Positions 8,661-18,165 of a stretch of DNA of 64,000 nucleotides are shown here, in pieces. The DNA is taken from assembly GCA_964436545.1 (NCBI GenBank), contig CAYTCJ010000002.1, forward strand, positions 26,111 to 90,110. Reading direction: 5' to 3'. Below the pieces are notes generated by a model that ran no database searches, had not been told where the DNA came from, and was given only the letters and a program-made list of their open reading frames with translations. The position numbers and the translations under genes are program-made. How positions within the stretch are numbered: the stretch's first letter is position 1; every line of letters starts with the position of its first letter. The DNA comes from an uncultured Candidatus Saccharibacteria bacterium (GTDB lineage: Bacteria > Patescibacteriota > Doudnabacteria > UBA920).

Positions 8661-10187
8661 ATGGCTACAACTGAAAGTATTATAAAGCAACTAAAAGATA
8701 AAATTTCAGCCTTTGATACCAAAACCAGCGTTGAAAAAATCGGCACGGTTTTAGAAGTGGGTGATGGGGTGGCTAGAATTTCCGGCCTTACTCAAGTAGG
8801 CAGTATGGAAATGTTGGAATTTATCCCAGGGAACCAAGCTAACAATAAGCCCTCGGTATTCGGCGTGGCTTTAAATTTAGAAGAAAATTTAATCGGTTCA
8901 ATTATTTTGGGCGATTACCAAACTATTAAAGTGGGAGATGTAGTTAAAGCCACCGGTAAAATTTTATCCGTACCCGTTGGGGAAGCTTTAATTGGCAGAA
9001 CCGTAGGAGCTTTGGGTGAACCAAAAGATGGCAAAGGTTCCATTCAAAGCGAAAAATTTTATCCGGTGGAAAAAATTGCTCCCGGTGTAATTACCCGCCA
9101 AAGCGTAAAACAACCCGTGCAAACGGGAATTAAAGCCATAGACGCCCTTATTCCCATTGGCCGAGGCCAACGCGAATTAATTATTGGCGATAGACAAACC
9201 GGCAAAACCGCCGTAGCCATAGACACCATTATCAACCAAAAAGGGCAAAATATGGTGTGTATTTATGTGGCCATTGGACAAAAAGAAAGCAAGGTAGCGA
9301 AACTGGTAGACGAACTCACCAAGGCCGGCGCTATGGAATATACCATTGTGGTTTCCGCCTCCGCTTCCGAACCGGCGTCCTTAAGCTTTATTGCGCCGTA
9401 TTCAGCCACAGCAATGGGCGAATATTTTATGGATCAAGGTAAAGATGTTTTAGTGGTGTACGATGATTTAAGCAAACAGGCCACAGCTTACCGAGAAATT
9501 TCGCTTTTGCTTAGAAGACCGCCGGGCAGAGAAGCTTATCCGGGTGATGTGTTTTACTTACACTCCAGACTTTTAGAAAGAGCTGCCAAATTAAACCCCG
9601 ATTTTGGGGGTGGATCTTTAACCGCTTTACCAATTATAGAAACTCAAGCCGGAGATATTTCTGCATATATTCCCACCAATGTGATTTCCATTACCGATGG
9701 CCAAATCTTTTTGGAAACCGATTTGTTTTATAAAGGCATTCGTCCGGCTTTGAACGTTGGTTTTTCCGTATCTCGGGTGGGCAGTAGCGCTCAAACCAAA
9801 GCCATGAAAAAAGTGGCGGGTAAACTTAAACTCCAACTAGCCCAGTTTAGGGAATTGGAAAGCTTTGCCTCCATTGGCACAGATTTAGATGCCGAGACCC
9901 AAAAAACTTTAGATTTAGGCCGAAGAATGACTCAAGTCTTAAAACAGCCTCAATACGAACCTTTATCTTTAGAACAGCAAGTTACCGTAATTTATGCGGT
10001 CAACAATGGTTACTTTAATGTGATTCCGGTAGATAAAATCCAAGAAACGGAAAACAAATTCCATCAATATATGAAAGTGCAAGGCAAGGAAATTTTAGAA
10101 GCAATAAAAACCTCTAAGGAATTAAACGAAGACATTGAAGCTAAACTAAAAGATGCGATTAATAATTTTTTACAAAGCTTGAGTTAA
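8661..10187 (+). CDS. atpA: F0F1 ATP synthase subunit alpha
   Basis: GDRQTGKTA Walker [29 protein letters not shown] and related conserved alpha-subunit blocks. Confidence 0.95.
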   Translation: MATTESIIKQLKDKISAFDTKTSVEKIGTVLEVGDGVARISGLTQVGSMEMLEFIPGNQANNKPSVFGVALNLEENLIGSIILGDYQTIKVGDVVKATGKILSVPVGEALIGRTVGALGEPKDGKGSIQSEKFYPVEKIAPGVITRQSVKQPVQTGIKAIDALIPIGRGQRELIIGDRQTGKTAVAIDTIINQKGQNMVCIYVAIGQKESKVAKLVDELTKAGAMEYTIVVSASASEPASLSFIAPYSATAMGEYFMDQGKDVLVVYDDLSKQATAYREISLLLRRPPGREAYPGDVFYLHSRLLERAAKLNPDFGGGSLTALPIIETQAGDISAYIPTNVISITDGQIFLETDLFYKGIRPALNVGFSVSRVGSSAQTKAMKKVAGKLKLQLAQFRELESFASIGTDLDAETQKTLDLGRRMTQVLKQPQYEPLSLEQQVTVIYAVNNGYFNVIPVDKIQETENKFHQYMKVQGKEILEAIKTSKELNEDIEAKLKDAINNFLQSLS

Positions 10188-10206
10188 GATGTATGAGTTA
10201 TGAAGT
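10181..10206. repeat. Left inverted-repeat block flanking the four-helix-bundle gene insertion (GAGTTAAGA...ATGAGTTATGAAGT)
   Basis: The 14-mer ATGAGTTATGAAGT (10193-10206) and the 9-mer GAGTTAAGA (10181-10189) recur as reverse complements at 10615-10628 and 10604-10612. Confidence 0.5.
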
Positions 10207-10602
10207 ATGACTGAAGGCATTGAAAAAAATCCAATAAAATCATTTACTGATTTAAATGCTTGGAAAGAAGCTCATAATTTAGTTTTAATGATTTACAGCA
10301 TAACTAAAAGTTTTCCTAAAGAAGAAATATTTGGCTTAGTGAGTCAATTAAGACGTGCGGTAGTATCTATAACTTCAAACATAGCCGAAGGTTTTAGCAG
10401 GGCAACCGACAAAGATAAAATTCATTTTTATGTTATGGGTTTAGGGTCACTTACGGAAGTCCAAAATCATACCATAATCTCAAAAGATTTAAAATATATT
10501 AACGCAGATCAATTTTCAATTCTTGATAAACAAATTACAATTTCAAGTAAAATTTTAAACGGCCTAATCAAAAGCACTAAACTTCGTTCTCTTACCTCAT
10601 AA
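10207..10602 (+). CDS. Four-helix-bundle protein (23S rRNA intervening-sequence protein family, TIGR02436-like)
   Basis: FTDLNAWKEAHNLVLMIYSITKSFPKEEIFGLVSQLRRAVVSITSNIAEGFSR...GSLTEVQNHTIISKDLKYI...KILNGLI matches the conserved pattern of this family (f.dL.vwqkA..l...iY.ltk.fP.eE.ygLtsQlrRAavSI.sNIAEG..r). Confidence 0.75.
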   Translation: MTEGIEKNPIKSFTDLNAWKEAHNLVLMIYSITKSFPKEEIFGLVSQLRRAVVSITSNIAEGFSRATDKDKIHFYVMGLGSLTEVQNHTIISKDLKYINADQFSILDKQITISSKILNGLIKSTKLRSLTS

Positions 10603-10603
10603 C

Positions 10604-10628
10604 TCTTAACTCACACTTCATAACTCAT
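10604..10628. repeat. Right inverted-repeat block flanking the four-helix-bundle gene insertion (TCTTAACTC...ACTTCATAACTCAT)
   Basis: Reverse complements of the left-flank blocks, read directly from the sequence. Confidence 0.5.
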
Positions 10629-10641
10629 TCCCCATACCTCC

Positions 10642-11628
10642 ATGCCCGGCATTAAAGAAATTAAAAATCGAATCAAGAGCATAAAAAGCACGCGCAAAAT
10701 TACCAAAGCCATGCAAATGGTTTCGGCTGCCAAAATGCGTAAAGCTCAAGAAGCGACTTTAAAAAGCCGTAAATATGCGCACTTAGCTTGGGAGCTAATT
10801 ACGCATTTAAATATTTCAGAAAATCAAACTCCGGAATATGCAGACGATTCCATATCCGACGAAAACCTCGATAACCCAAAAAATCACAAAATTTCCCAAT
10901 TAATGGCCACTTTCCCCAAAGCCACAAAAATTGCTTACATTGTCATTGCTTCCAATAAAGGCTTAGTGGGAAGTTTAAATACCAATTTGTTTAATCAATT
11001 AAAAACGGCTACGGGTAAAGAAGCGGAGCTTATTGCGGAGTTGGTGGTTTACGGGAAAAAAGCCAAAGATTACGCGGTCAGATTTAATAAAAACTTAGTG
11101 TCGGATTTTCCCAAAAAAGATATCATTGGTTCAGTGGAAGCCATTTACCCTTTAGCCAATACGGCAACTAATTTATACTTAACCGGAGAGTATGCCAAAA
11201 TTTATTTGGTTTATAACGATTTCATTTCCACCCTCTCTCAAAAACCGGTTATAAAGCAATTATTGCCTTTCCGAAGGTCCGACGAAGCCTTGGCGAAGTC
11301 AGATGAGTTGTTAGAAAAAAATAGCATGCTGGCTCATCGGCCATCTGAGAAGCCCATAAATGGGCACGCTACAGACTACTTATTCGAACCCGACCCACAA
11401 ACCGTAATCGATCATTTAATTCCCAGAATTATTGAAAGCCAAATTTACCAAGCCGTGTTAGAAAGCGATGCCAGCGAACACTCGGCGAGAATGGTAATGA
11501 TGAAAAACGCCACCGAATCTGCCGGGGAATTAATTGACGACTATACTCTTACCTATAACCAATTAAGACAAAATAAAATCACTACCGAACTGGCAGAAAT
11601 TACTGCCGGCAAGATAGCGTTGGAGTAA
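10642..11628 (+). CDS. atpG: F0F1 ATP synthase subunit gamma
   Basis: N-terminus IKEIKNRIKSIKSTRKITKAMQMVSAAKMRKAQE and C-terminus ITTELAEITAG of the gamma subunit. Confidence 0.9.
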   Translation: MPGIKEIKNRIKSIKSTRKITKAMQMVSAAKMRKAQEATLKSRKYAHLAWELITHLNISENQTPEYADDSISDENLDNPKNHKISQLMATFPKATKIAYIVIASNKGLVGSLNTNLFNQLKTATGKEAELIAELVVYGKKAKDYAVRFNKNLVSDFPKKDIIGSVEAIYPLANTATNLYLTGEYAKIYLVYNDFISTLSQKPVIKQLLPFRRSDEALAKSDELLEKNSMLAHRPSEKPINGHATDYLFEPDPQTVIDHLIPRIIESQIYQAVLESDASEHSARMVMMKNATESAGELIDDYTLTYNQLRQNKITTELAEITAGKIALE

Positions 11629-11630
11629 TA

Positions 11631-12056
11631 ATGAACCCGGAAAGCAACCCACTAAACCCTGAAGAACACCCGATTTTTTTAGATTACTTTCTACCAAATT
11701 TAGCTGCCAAAGTAATAGATATGAAATACGGTAATGGTATTTATGATATGCACCATGAACTTTCATTAAGAAAAACTGCGGAGAGTATGGGGAAACTAAG
11801 TGAATCAACAAATGTTAGAGCCATGACAGATGAGGAACTTGGAGAACTGGCAGAGTATTACCGACCATTAATTCCGGAAATTGCTGAATTAGATGAAGAA
11901 ATTTGCAATGCTAAATCCATAGCGCATGGAGTAGAAATTGCTCGGAGAGTGGGCATTACTCTTACAGATGCGGAAATCCACGAAGTAAAACTGGACGCTA
12001 TCACAACAATGGCTCTTGAAGTTAGGGGTTCTTCCGGAACTCAGGCTAAAAATTAA
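11631..12056 (+). CDS. Hypothetical acidic 141-aa protein inserted between atpG and atpD
   Basis: ORF with a tight junction (its start is 3 nt after the atpG stop). No recognisable motif. Confidence 0.45.
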   Translation: MNPESNPLNPEEHPIFLDYFLPNLAAKVIDMKYGNGIYDMHHELSLRKTAESMGKLSESTNVRAMTDEELGELAEYYRPLIPEIAELDEEICNAKSIAHGVEIARRVGITLTDAEIHEVKLDAITTMALEVRGSSGTQAKN

Positions 12057-12170
12057 TTATTTGATAAAATTTGTCGGTTTGTTAACTTAATATGTGATTT
12101 TTCATTCATACTGGTATTAAGTATCAGAAAAATTACTAATAATAAACAATAAGAAATTTTTTGGAAATAA

Positions 12171-13580
<1,410 letters not shown>

Positions 13581-13600
13581 CTCTACTAAAAAAAGATTTT

Positions 13601-14035
13601 ATGAAGTTAATTAATTTTCAATTAGTTACCCCGGAAAAAGTAGTGCTCACCACAGAGCTAACGGCTTTAAGTTGCCCCACTACGGAAGGCGAAATCACTA
13701 TTCTGCCCAATCATATTCCTTTGGTAACACAAATTCAGCCCGGTGAAATTCACGCCAAAACCAAGGACGATGAATTTTTTATGTTCGTCTCCGGCGGATT
13801 TTTGCAAGTTCAAAAAGATAATAAAGTTATAATTTTAGCCGATGCGGCCGAGCATCACTTTGAGATTAGCGAACAAAGAGCCGAGGAAGCCAGACAACGC
13901 GCCGAAAAAGCCCTTAAAGAAGTTAAAGCGGGTAACGAAGAATACGCCAAAGTCGCAGCCAGTTTGGAAAAAAGTTTGGCGAGAATTCGAATTGCCAAAA
14001 AGCGAGCCAGTAGAAAAACTAAACAATTCAATTAG
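13601..14035 (+). CDS. atpC: F0F1 ATP synthase subunit epsilon
   Basis: N-terminal beta-sandwich pattern (VTPEKVVLTTELTALSCPTTEGEITILPNHIPLV) and operon position. Confidence 0.85.
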   Translation: MKLINFQLVTPEKVVLTTELTALSCPTTEGEITILPNHIPLVTQIQPGEIHAKTKDDEFFMFVSGGFLQVQKDNKVIILADAAEHHFEISEQRAEEARQRAEKALKEVKAGNEEYAKVAASLEKSLARIRIAKKRASRKTKQFN

Positions 14036-14039
14036 AGCA

Positions 14040-14750
14040 ATGCGCGCTTCCCTCGAAAAAAATATTTATCGACTACCTTCCTTTGCGACAAAAATATATA
14101 ATTCTCTTGTGGAAAACTTTCCGCACACTTATCTCGTTGGAGGTTATGTGCGGGATTTTTTATTGGGTAAAAAAAGTTTAGATATCGATATTTGCACCAC
14201 AGCAAAACCCGAGGAAATCGAAAAAACTTTACTGAAGTGCCAAATTCCATACAATAAACAAAATATAAATTTTGGGATTATTACCATTAAAAAATCTCGG
14301 TATACCATTACCATTTCCACTTTAAGAAAAGAGTTATATACTCATTCCCGTTACCCAAAAATTCACTTTATAAAAAGTCTTAAACAAGATGCTCAAAGAA
14401 GAGATTTTACTGTAAATTCCCTTTATTTAAACCCAAATACCGGCAAAATGCTAGATTACTACCACGGAAGAAAGGACTTACTTAACCACAAAATAAAGTT
14501 TATTGGTCAGCCTAAAAGAAAAATTCTAGAAGATCCTTTAAGGATACTCCGGGGTATAAGATTAGGTTTGAATTTAAAATTTAAATTTGACTCCGAGACT
14601 AAATTGGCAATCATAAAAAACTTTTTTTTAATTAGAACCTTAAGTCCCAAAATTATTTTAAACGAAATTCACAAAATAAAAAATTTTAAAACCAAAACCC
14701 TTTTCAAAACCTTAATTACCAACCCAAAAATGCTTGACAAGTATTTTTAA
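14040..14750 (+). CDS. Short tRNA nucleotidyltransferase / poly(A) polymerase-family protein (CCA-adding enzyme head domain, ~236 aa)
   Basis: LVGGYVRDFLLGKKSLDIDICT (GGxVRD ... DxD pol-beta-type nucleotidyltransferase motif). Start chosen at the ATG at 14040 rather than ORF-track 13842, which would overlap atpC. Confidence 0.6.
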   Translation: MRASLEKNIYRLPSFATKIYNSLVENFPHTYLVGGYVRDFLLGKKSLDIDICTTAKPEEIEKTLLKCQIPYNKQNINFGIITIKKSRYTITISTLRKELYTHSRYPKIHFIKSLKQDAQRRDFTVNSLYLNPNTGKMLDYYHGRKDLLNHKIKFIGQPKRKILEDPLRILRGIRLGLNLKFKFDSETKLAIIKNFFLIRTLSPKIILNEIHKIKNFKTKTLFKTLITNPKMLDKYF

Positions 14751-14908
14751 AACCCATAATATATATTAAAGAGGAGAAAAACCGTCCAGAAAAAAAAGTT
14801 AAAGAAAAGTTGCACGAATTGTTTATACTACTTAAAGGGTTAATGCCCAAAGTAGAAAATTAAGAAGGCTTAACCAAAATTTAGTTAAGTCTTCGGGAGA
14901 CTAGCCCA

Positions 14909-14974
14909 ATGGCTAAAAAGAAAAAAGTAGTAAAAAAGAAAAAAACCGCTTCCAAAAAGAAGAAGCGAGCTTAA
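14909..14974 (+). CDS. Possible 21-aa lysine-rich peptide (MAKKKKVVKKKKTASKKKKRA)
   Basis: ORF read manually. It is preceded by GGGAGA and followed by a rho-independent terminator. Coding status is uncertain. Confidence 0.3.
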   Translation: MAKKKKVVKKKKTASKKKKRA

Positions 14975-15014
14975 TTCTTTCTTACTTCAGTTATGTCTAT
15001 ACGACATAACAGCA

Positions 15015-15050
15015 AAACCGTCCTAAAAAACTATGGACGGTTTTGTATTG
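15015..15050 (+). terminator. Rho-independent terminator (AAAACCGTCC...GGACGGTTTTG)
   Basis: Perfect 9-bp stem followed by a T-tract. Confidence 0.6.
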
Positions 15051-15087
15051 CAAAAAAATGTATTTTGGTTTATAATTAAAGCCATAT

Positions 15088-15163
15088 CGCGGGATAGAGA
15101 AATTGGCATCTCGTCAGGCTCATAACCTGAAGATTCCCGGTTCGAGTCCGGGTCCCGCAACCA
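15088..15163 (+). tRNA. tRNA-fMet (anticodon CAU; initiator-like C1·A72 mismatch)
   Basis: Manual fold. Acceptor CGCGGGA/TCCCGCA gives a C1-A72 mismatch, the bacterial initiator hallmark. D-arm GAGA/TCTC. Anticodon loop CTCATAA. T-arm CCCGG-TTCGAGT-CCGGG. CCA present. Confidence 0.8.
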
Positions 15164-15183
15164 AATTATTGTGACAGCCTATT

Positions 15184-15205
15184 TCCTGCTGTCCGCAGGA
15201 TTTTT
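15184..15205 (+). terminator. Hairpin plus T-tract between tRNAs (TCCTGCTGTCCGCAGGATTTTT)
   Basis: 6-bp stem followed by TTTTT. Confidence 0.4.
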
Positions 15206-15238
15206 GATTATTTAGAGATAATCAATTTTACTAAATAC

Positions 15239-15315
15239 GGCGGGATAGCTCAGTTAGTTAGAGCGTGGGACTCATAAGCCCAAGGTCGGTGGTGCAATTC
15301 CACCTCCCGCTACCA
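15239..15315 (+). tRNA. tRNA with CAU anticodon (elongator Met or lysidine-modified Ile2; cannot be distinguished)
   Basis: Manual fold. Acceptor GGCGGGA/TCCCGCT (G1-U72). D-arm GCTC/GAGC. Anticodon loop CTCATAA. T-arm GGTGG-TGCAATT-CCACC. CCA present. Confidence 0.8.
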
Positions 15316-15379
15316 TGAACAATAAATTTTGATGTTAGGTAAGTAGTTTAGAAATAAGTCGTTAAATGATCAACAACAT

Positions 15380-15456
15380 GGACCGGTAGCTCAGTTGGTT
15401 AGAGCGCTCCCCTGTCACGGGAGAGGTCGCGGGTTCGAGTCCCGTTCGGTCCGCCA
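15380..15456 (+). tRNA. tRNA-Asp (anticodon GUC)
   Basis: Manual fold. Acceptor GGACCGG/TCGGTCC. Anticodon stem CTCCC/GGGAG with loop CTGTCAC. T-arm GCGGG-TTCGAGT-CCCGT. CCA present. Confidence 0.85.
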
Positions 15457-15460
15457 TTTT

Positions 15461-15494
15461 AAAACCCTCCAATATTTATTGGAGGGTTTTAAAA
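15461..15494. terminator. Bidirectional rho-independent terminator (AAAACCCTCCAA-TATTTA-TTGGAGGGTTTT)
   Basis: Perfect 12-bp stem flanked by A and T tracts. Confidence 0.6.
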
Positions 15495-15676
15495 TAACCA
15501 GCAAGGTATTTTCCTTCATTTGGCCCTTCATCTTTATCTTTTACCTCACTAGCTGTTGCTTGCTCTAAAGGTTGATCCGGCCCTGTAAAAACCTTATCAG
15601 GATGATGTTCATTTTTAGGAAACTCAAAATCTGGATGTGTGTGTAAACCCAATTCATCAGTTGTTGGTTCTGGCAT
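15476..15676 (-). CDS. Possible small acidic 66-aa protein
   Basis: ORF ends inside the bidirectional terminator. No homology recognised. Confidence 0.3.
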   Translation of the reverse strand: MPEPTTDELGLHTHPDFEFPKNEHHPDKVFTGPDQPLEQATASEVKDKDEGPNEGKYLAGYFKTLQ

Positions 15677-15721
15677 ATTTTTTTAGTTAATTATTTTATA
15701 GATTTATGCTACAATACTTTT

Positions 15722-16792
15722 ATGCAAAATGCAATACTTTACACAATTTTAAGCCTATTAATTGCCGGCTTGGCCTTAGCCATCTATTTTATTTATGACC
15801 TAAAAAGGCAAGTTCAAAAACCCCAAGATTCCGCTTCTGACCTAGGTTTAAAGCTGGTATTAACCCAAATTAACGAACTTTCCAGAACTGTTGACAGCAA
15901 AATCTCCGAATCTCATAAGTTAATGAATGAATCGGTAAGGAATCAATTTGGGGAATCTGCCAAACTTATTCGGAACGTAACCGAAGGCTTAACTAAATTA
16001 GATCAGACCAATCAGCAAGTAGTTTCCTTTGCCGAACAACTCAGGCAACTGCAAGATATTTTAAAAAACCCCAAACAGCGAGGCGTGTTAGGGGAATACT
16101 ACCTAGAAACCTTGCTAAAAAATATTTTAGCCCCGAGCCAATACCAAATGCAATACGCTTTTAAAAACGGAGAAATTGTGGATTGTGCGGTATTTGTAAA
16201 AGAAAAAATCATTCCCGTGGATTCTAAATTTTCTTTGGAAAATTATAATCGAATAGTGGAAACAGAAGACCCGAGCGAAAAAGCCAAATTGGAAAAACTG
16301 TTTGTGAATGATTTAAAACTCAGAATCCAAGAAACCGCCAAGTATATTCGTCCCGAACAAGGCACTATGGATTTCGCTTTTATGTTTATTCCTCACGAAG
16401 CAATTTATTACGATTTACTTATAAATAAAATCGGCGCGCTTACCGACGACACCGAAAGTCTGATTCAAAGAGCGGCCAGCAAATATAAAGTAATTATCGT
16501 TTCGCCCACTTCTTTTTTGGCCTATTTGCAAACCGTGCTTCAGGGCCTTAAAGCTATGCAAATAGAAGAAACTGCCAAAGATATTGTAAAAAATGTGGAG
16601 CAATTGGGCAGACATTTAAAAAGTTACGAGGAGTACTACGGAAAATTGGGGAATGCGTTATCAACCGCGGTGAACCAATACACTTTAACCGGTAAAGAAT
16701 TTAAAAAAATTGATAAGGATATTTTTAAAGTTACAGGTATGACCTTAGGTCTGGAAACTGTTGCTTTAGAAAAACCCAATAATGAGGAATAA
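15722..16792 (+). CDS. rmuC: DNA recombination protein RmuC
   Basis: N-terminal TM helix, coiled coil, and the conserved RmuC core (QRGVLGEYYLETLL...FAFMFIPHEAIYYDLL). Confidence 0.85.
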   Translation: MQNAILYTILSLLIAGLALAIYFIYDLKRQVQKPQDSASDLGLKLVLTQINELSRTVDSKISESHKLMNESVRNQFGESAKLIRNVTEGLTKLDQTNQQVVSFAEQLRQLQDILKNPKQRGVLGEYYLETLLKNILAPSQYQMQYAFKNGEIVDCAVFVKEKIIPVDSKFSLENYNRIVETEDPSEKAKLEKLFVNDLKLRIQETAKYIRPEQGTMDFAFMFIPHEAIYYDLLINKIGALTDDTESLIQRAASKYKVIIVSPTSFLAYLQTVLQGLKAMQIEETAKDIVKNVEQLGRHLKSYEEYYGKLGNALSTAVNQYTLTGKEFKKIDKDIFKVTGMTLGLETVALEKPNNEE

Positions 16793-16795
16793 ATT

Positions 16796-17050
16796 ATGCC
16801 AGTAGAAAGTATGGGGTTTAATTCTTTGGAAGACATTGAATCTGCAAAGGGCACTGCCTATGCCATTGAAGAATGTGTTAACCGTGGTATAACTACGTTT
16901 GATGAAATTAAACGTGAAATTTTTCAAGGCCAAAATACATCTGATACGTTGCGTATGGATCAAAATTTTCAAAGAGGTTTGGTGTTTATTAACCATAAAT
17001 TATACACCATTGATGACGCCGGTAAACAAATTAAAAAAATTAAAAATTAA
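16796..17050 (+). CDS. Hypothetical 84-aa protein
   Basis: ORF only. Confidence 0.3.
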   Translation: MPVESMGFNSLEDIESAKGTAYAIEECVNRGITTFDEIKREIFQGQNTSDTLRMDQNFQRGLVFINHKLYTIDDAGKQIKKIKN

Positions 17051-17063
17051 AAATTCTTTATTT

Positions 17064-17573
17064 ATGTCAATTCGTAACCAAGACCAAAGGGTGGGAGTAT
17101 TTGTAGATGTGCAAAATTTATATTATTCTGCCCGCAATATTTACAACGCCAGAGTTAAATTTCACGAAGTTTTAAACGAAGCCGTAGCCGGAAGAAAACT
17201 TATTCGTGCCATTGCTTATGTAGTGGAAGCCAATATGCCGGAAGAAGAGAATTTTTTTGAAGCTTTGGAAAAAGCCGGTTTTGAGGTAAAAAGAAAGGAA
17301 CTCCAAACTTTTGCCGGCGGACACCAAAAAGGGGATTGGGACGTAGGCATAGCTATGGATATAGTTAAATTAATGAATAAATTAGATGTGGTCGTGCTCG
17401 CGAGTGGGGATGGCGACTATGTGCCACTTTTGGAATATATGCAAATGTCCGGACAATTTACGGAAACTTTGGCCTTTGGCAAATCTTGTTCCGCGAAAGT
17501 CAAAGAATTAACCGATTATTTTATAGACTTAGACGCCAATCCTAAAAAGTTTTTAATGCCAATAAGAAAATAA
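17064..17573 (+). CDS. NYN-domain (LabA-like) ribonuclease-family protein
   Basis: VGVFVDVQNLYYSA ... DVGIAMDIV...VVVLASGDGDYVPLLEYM pattern of NYN/LabA. Start chosen at the ATG at 17064, since the ORF-track start at 16899 overlaps the previous ORF. Confidence 0.7.
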   Translation: MSIRNQDQRVGVFVDVQNLYYSARNIYNARVKFHEVLNEAVAGRKLIRAIAYVVEANMPEEENFFEALEKAGFEVKRKELQTFAGGHQKGDWDVGIAMDIVKLMNKLDVVVLASGDGDYVPLLEYMQMSGQFTETLAFGKSCSAKVKELTDYFIDLDANPKKFLMPIRK

Positions 17574-17700
17574 TTAGAAAACATTTATATTTTTTAACTG
17601 CTTTATCCGCACTTGCAGACCAACTAACAGCGTTTCGAGATAGTCTATTAAAAAATCCTGCAAAATAAATTAAAATTAATCGTTAATTGTTTACTGTCAA

Positions 17701-18159
17701 ATGTTAAATGTTTCTCGTGTAGTCCTTGATACAAATATTTTAATTGATGGTTTTAAAGACGAATTTTCTTACGAAAAAAGAATCATTGACGCCATAAGGC
17801 AAGGGTATATTGAAGCTTATGCCAACCGAGAAACTTTGAGAGAAAATAAGTTTATTAGCAGTAAACTCATAACCGGCGCTGACTATGAAAAGGAATTAGA
17901 TGAATTCTTTGAGCAGGTGAATTGGGTAAAAAGCCAAAGGATTATCAACGTAGTCTCGGATCCGGAAGATAATAAAATTTTAGCCAGCGCCTTAAGCGCC
18001 AATGCTCATTATCTTATTACCAACGATAAAGCGCTTTTAGAATTAAAAAAATACCGAAGCGTCACCATTTTAGAACCCATTGCTTTTTGGGCAATTTACA
18101 CAGATAAAGGTATGGATTGGTGGCAACAACTAACCAATTTCTATTTCCCAAAAAACTAA
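17701..18159 (+). CDS. PIN-domain nuclease (TIGR00305-like putative toxin family)
   Basis: VVLDTNILIDGF ... DNKILASALSANAHYLITNDKALLEL with PIN acidic residues. Confidence 0.7.
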   Translation: MLNVSRVVLDTNILIDGFKDEFSYEKRIIDAIRQGYIEAYANRETLRENKFISSKLITGADYEKELDEFFEQVNWVKSQRIINVVSDPEDNKILASALSANAHYLITNDKALLELKKYRSVTILEPIAFWAIYTDKGMDWWQQLTNFYFPKN

Positions 18160-18165
18160 CTTTAC

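Noticed and set aside
8988-9836. Several short antisense or alternative-frame ORFs within atpA
   Set aside because: They lie inside a highly conserved atpA CDS and are shadow ORFs.
13842-14039. N-terminal extension of the CCA-enzyme-like ORF back to 13842
   Set aside because: It would overlap atpC by about 190 nt in another frame. The extension (MRPSITLRLANKEPRKPDNAPKK...) is low-complexity. An internal ATG at 14040 gives a protein that begins right at the conserved nucleotidyltransferase core.
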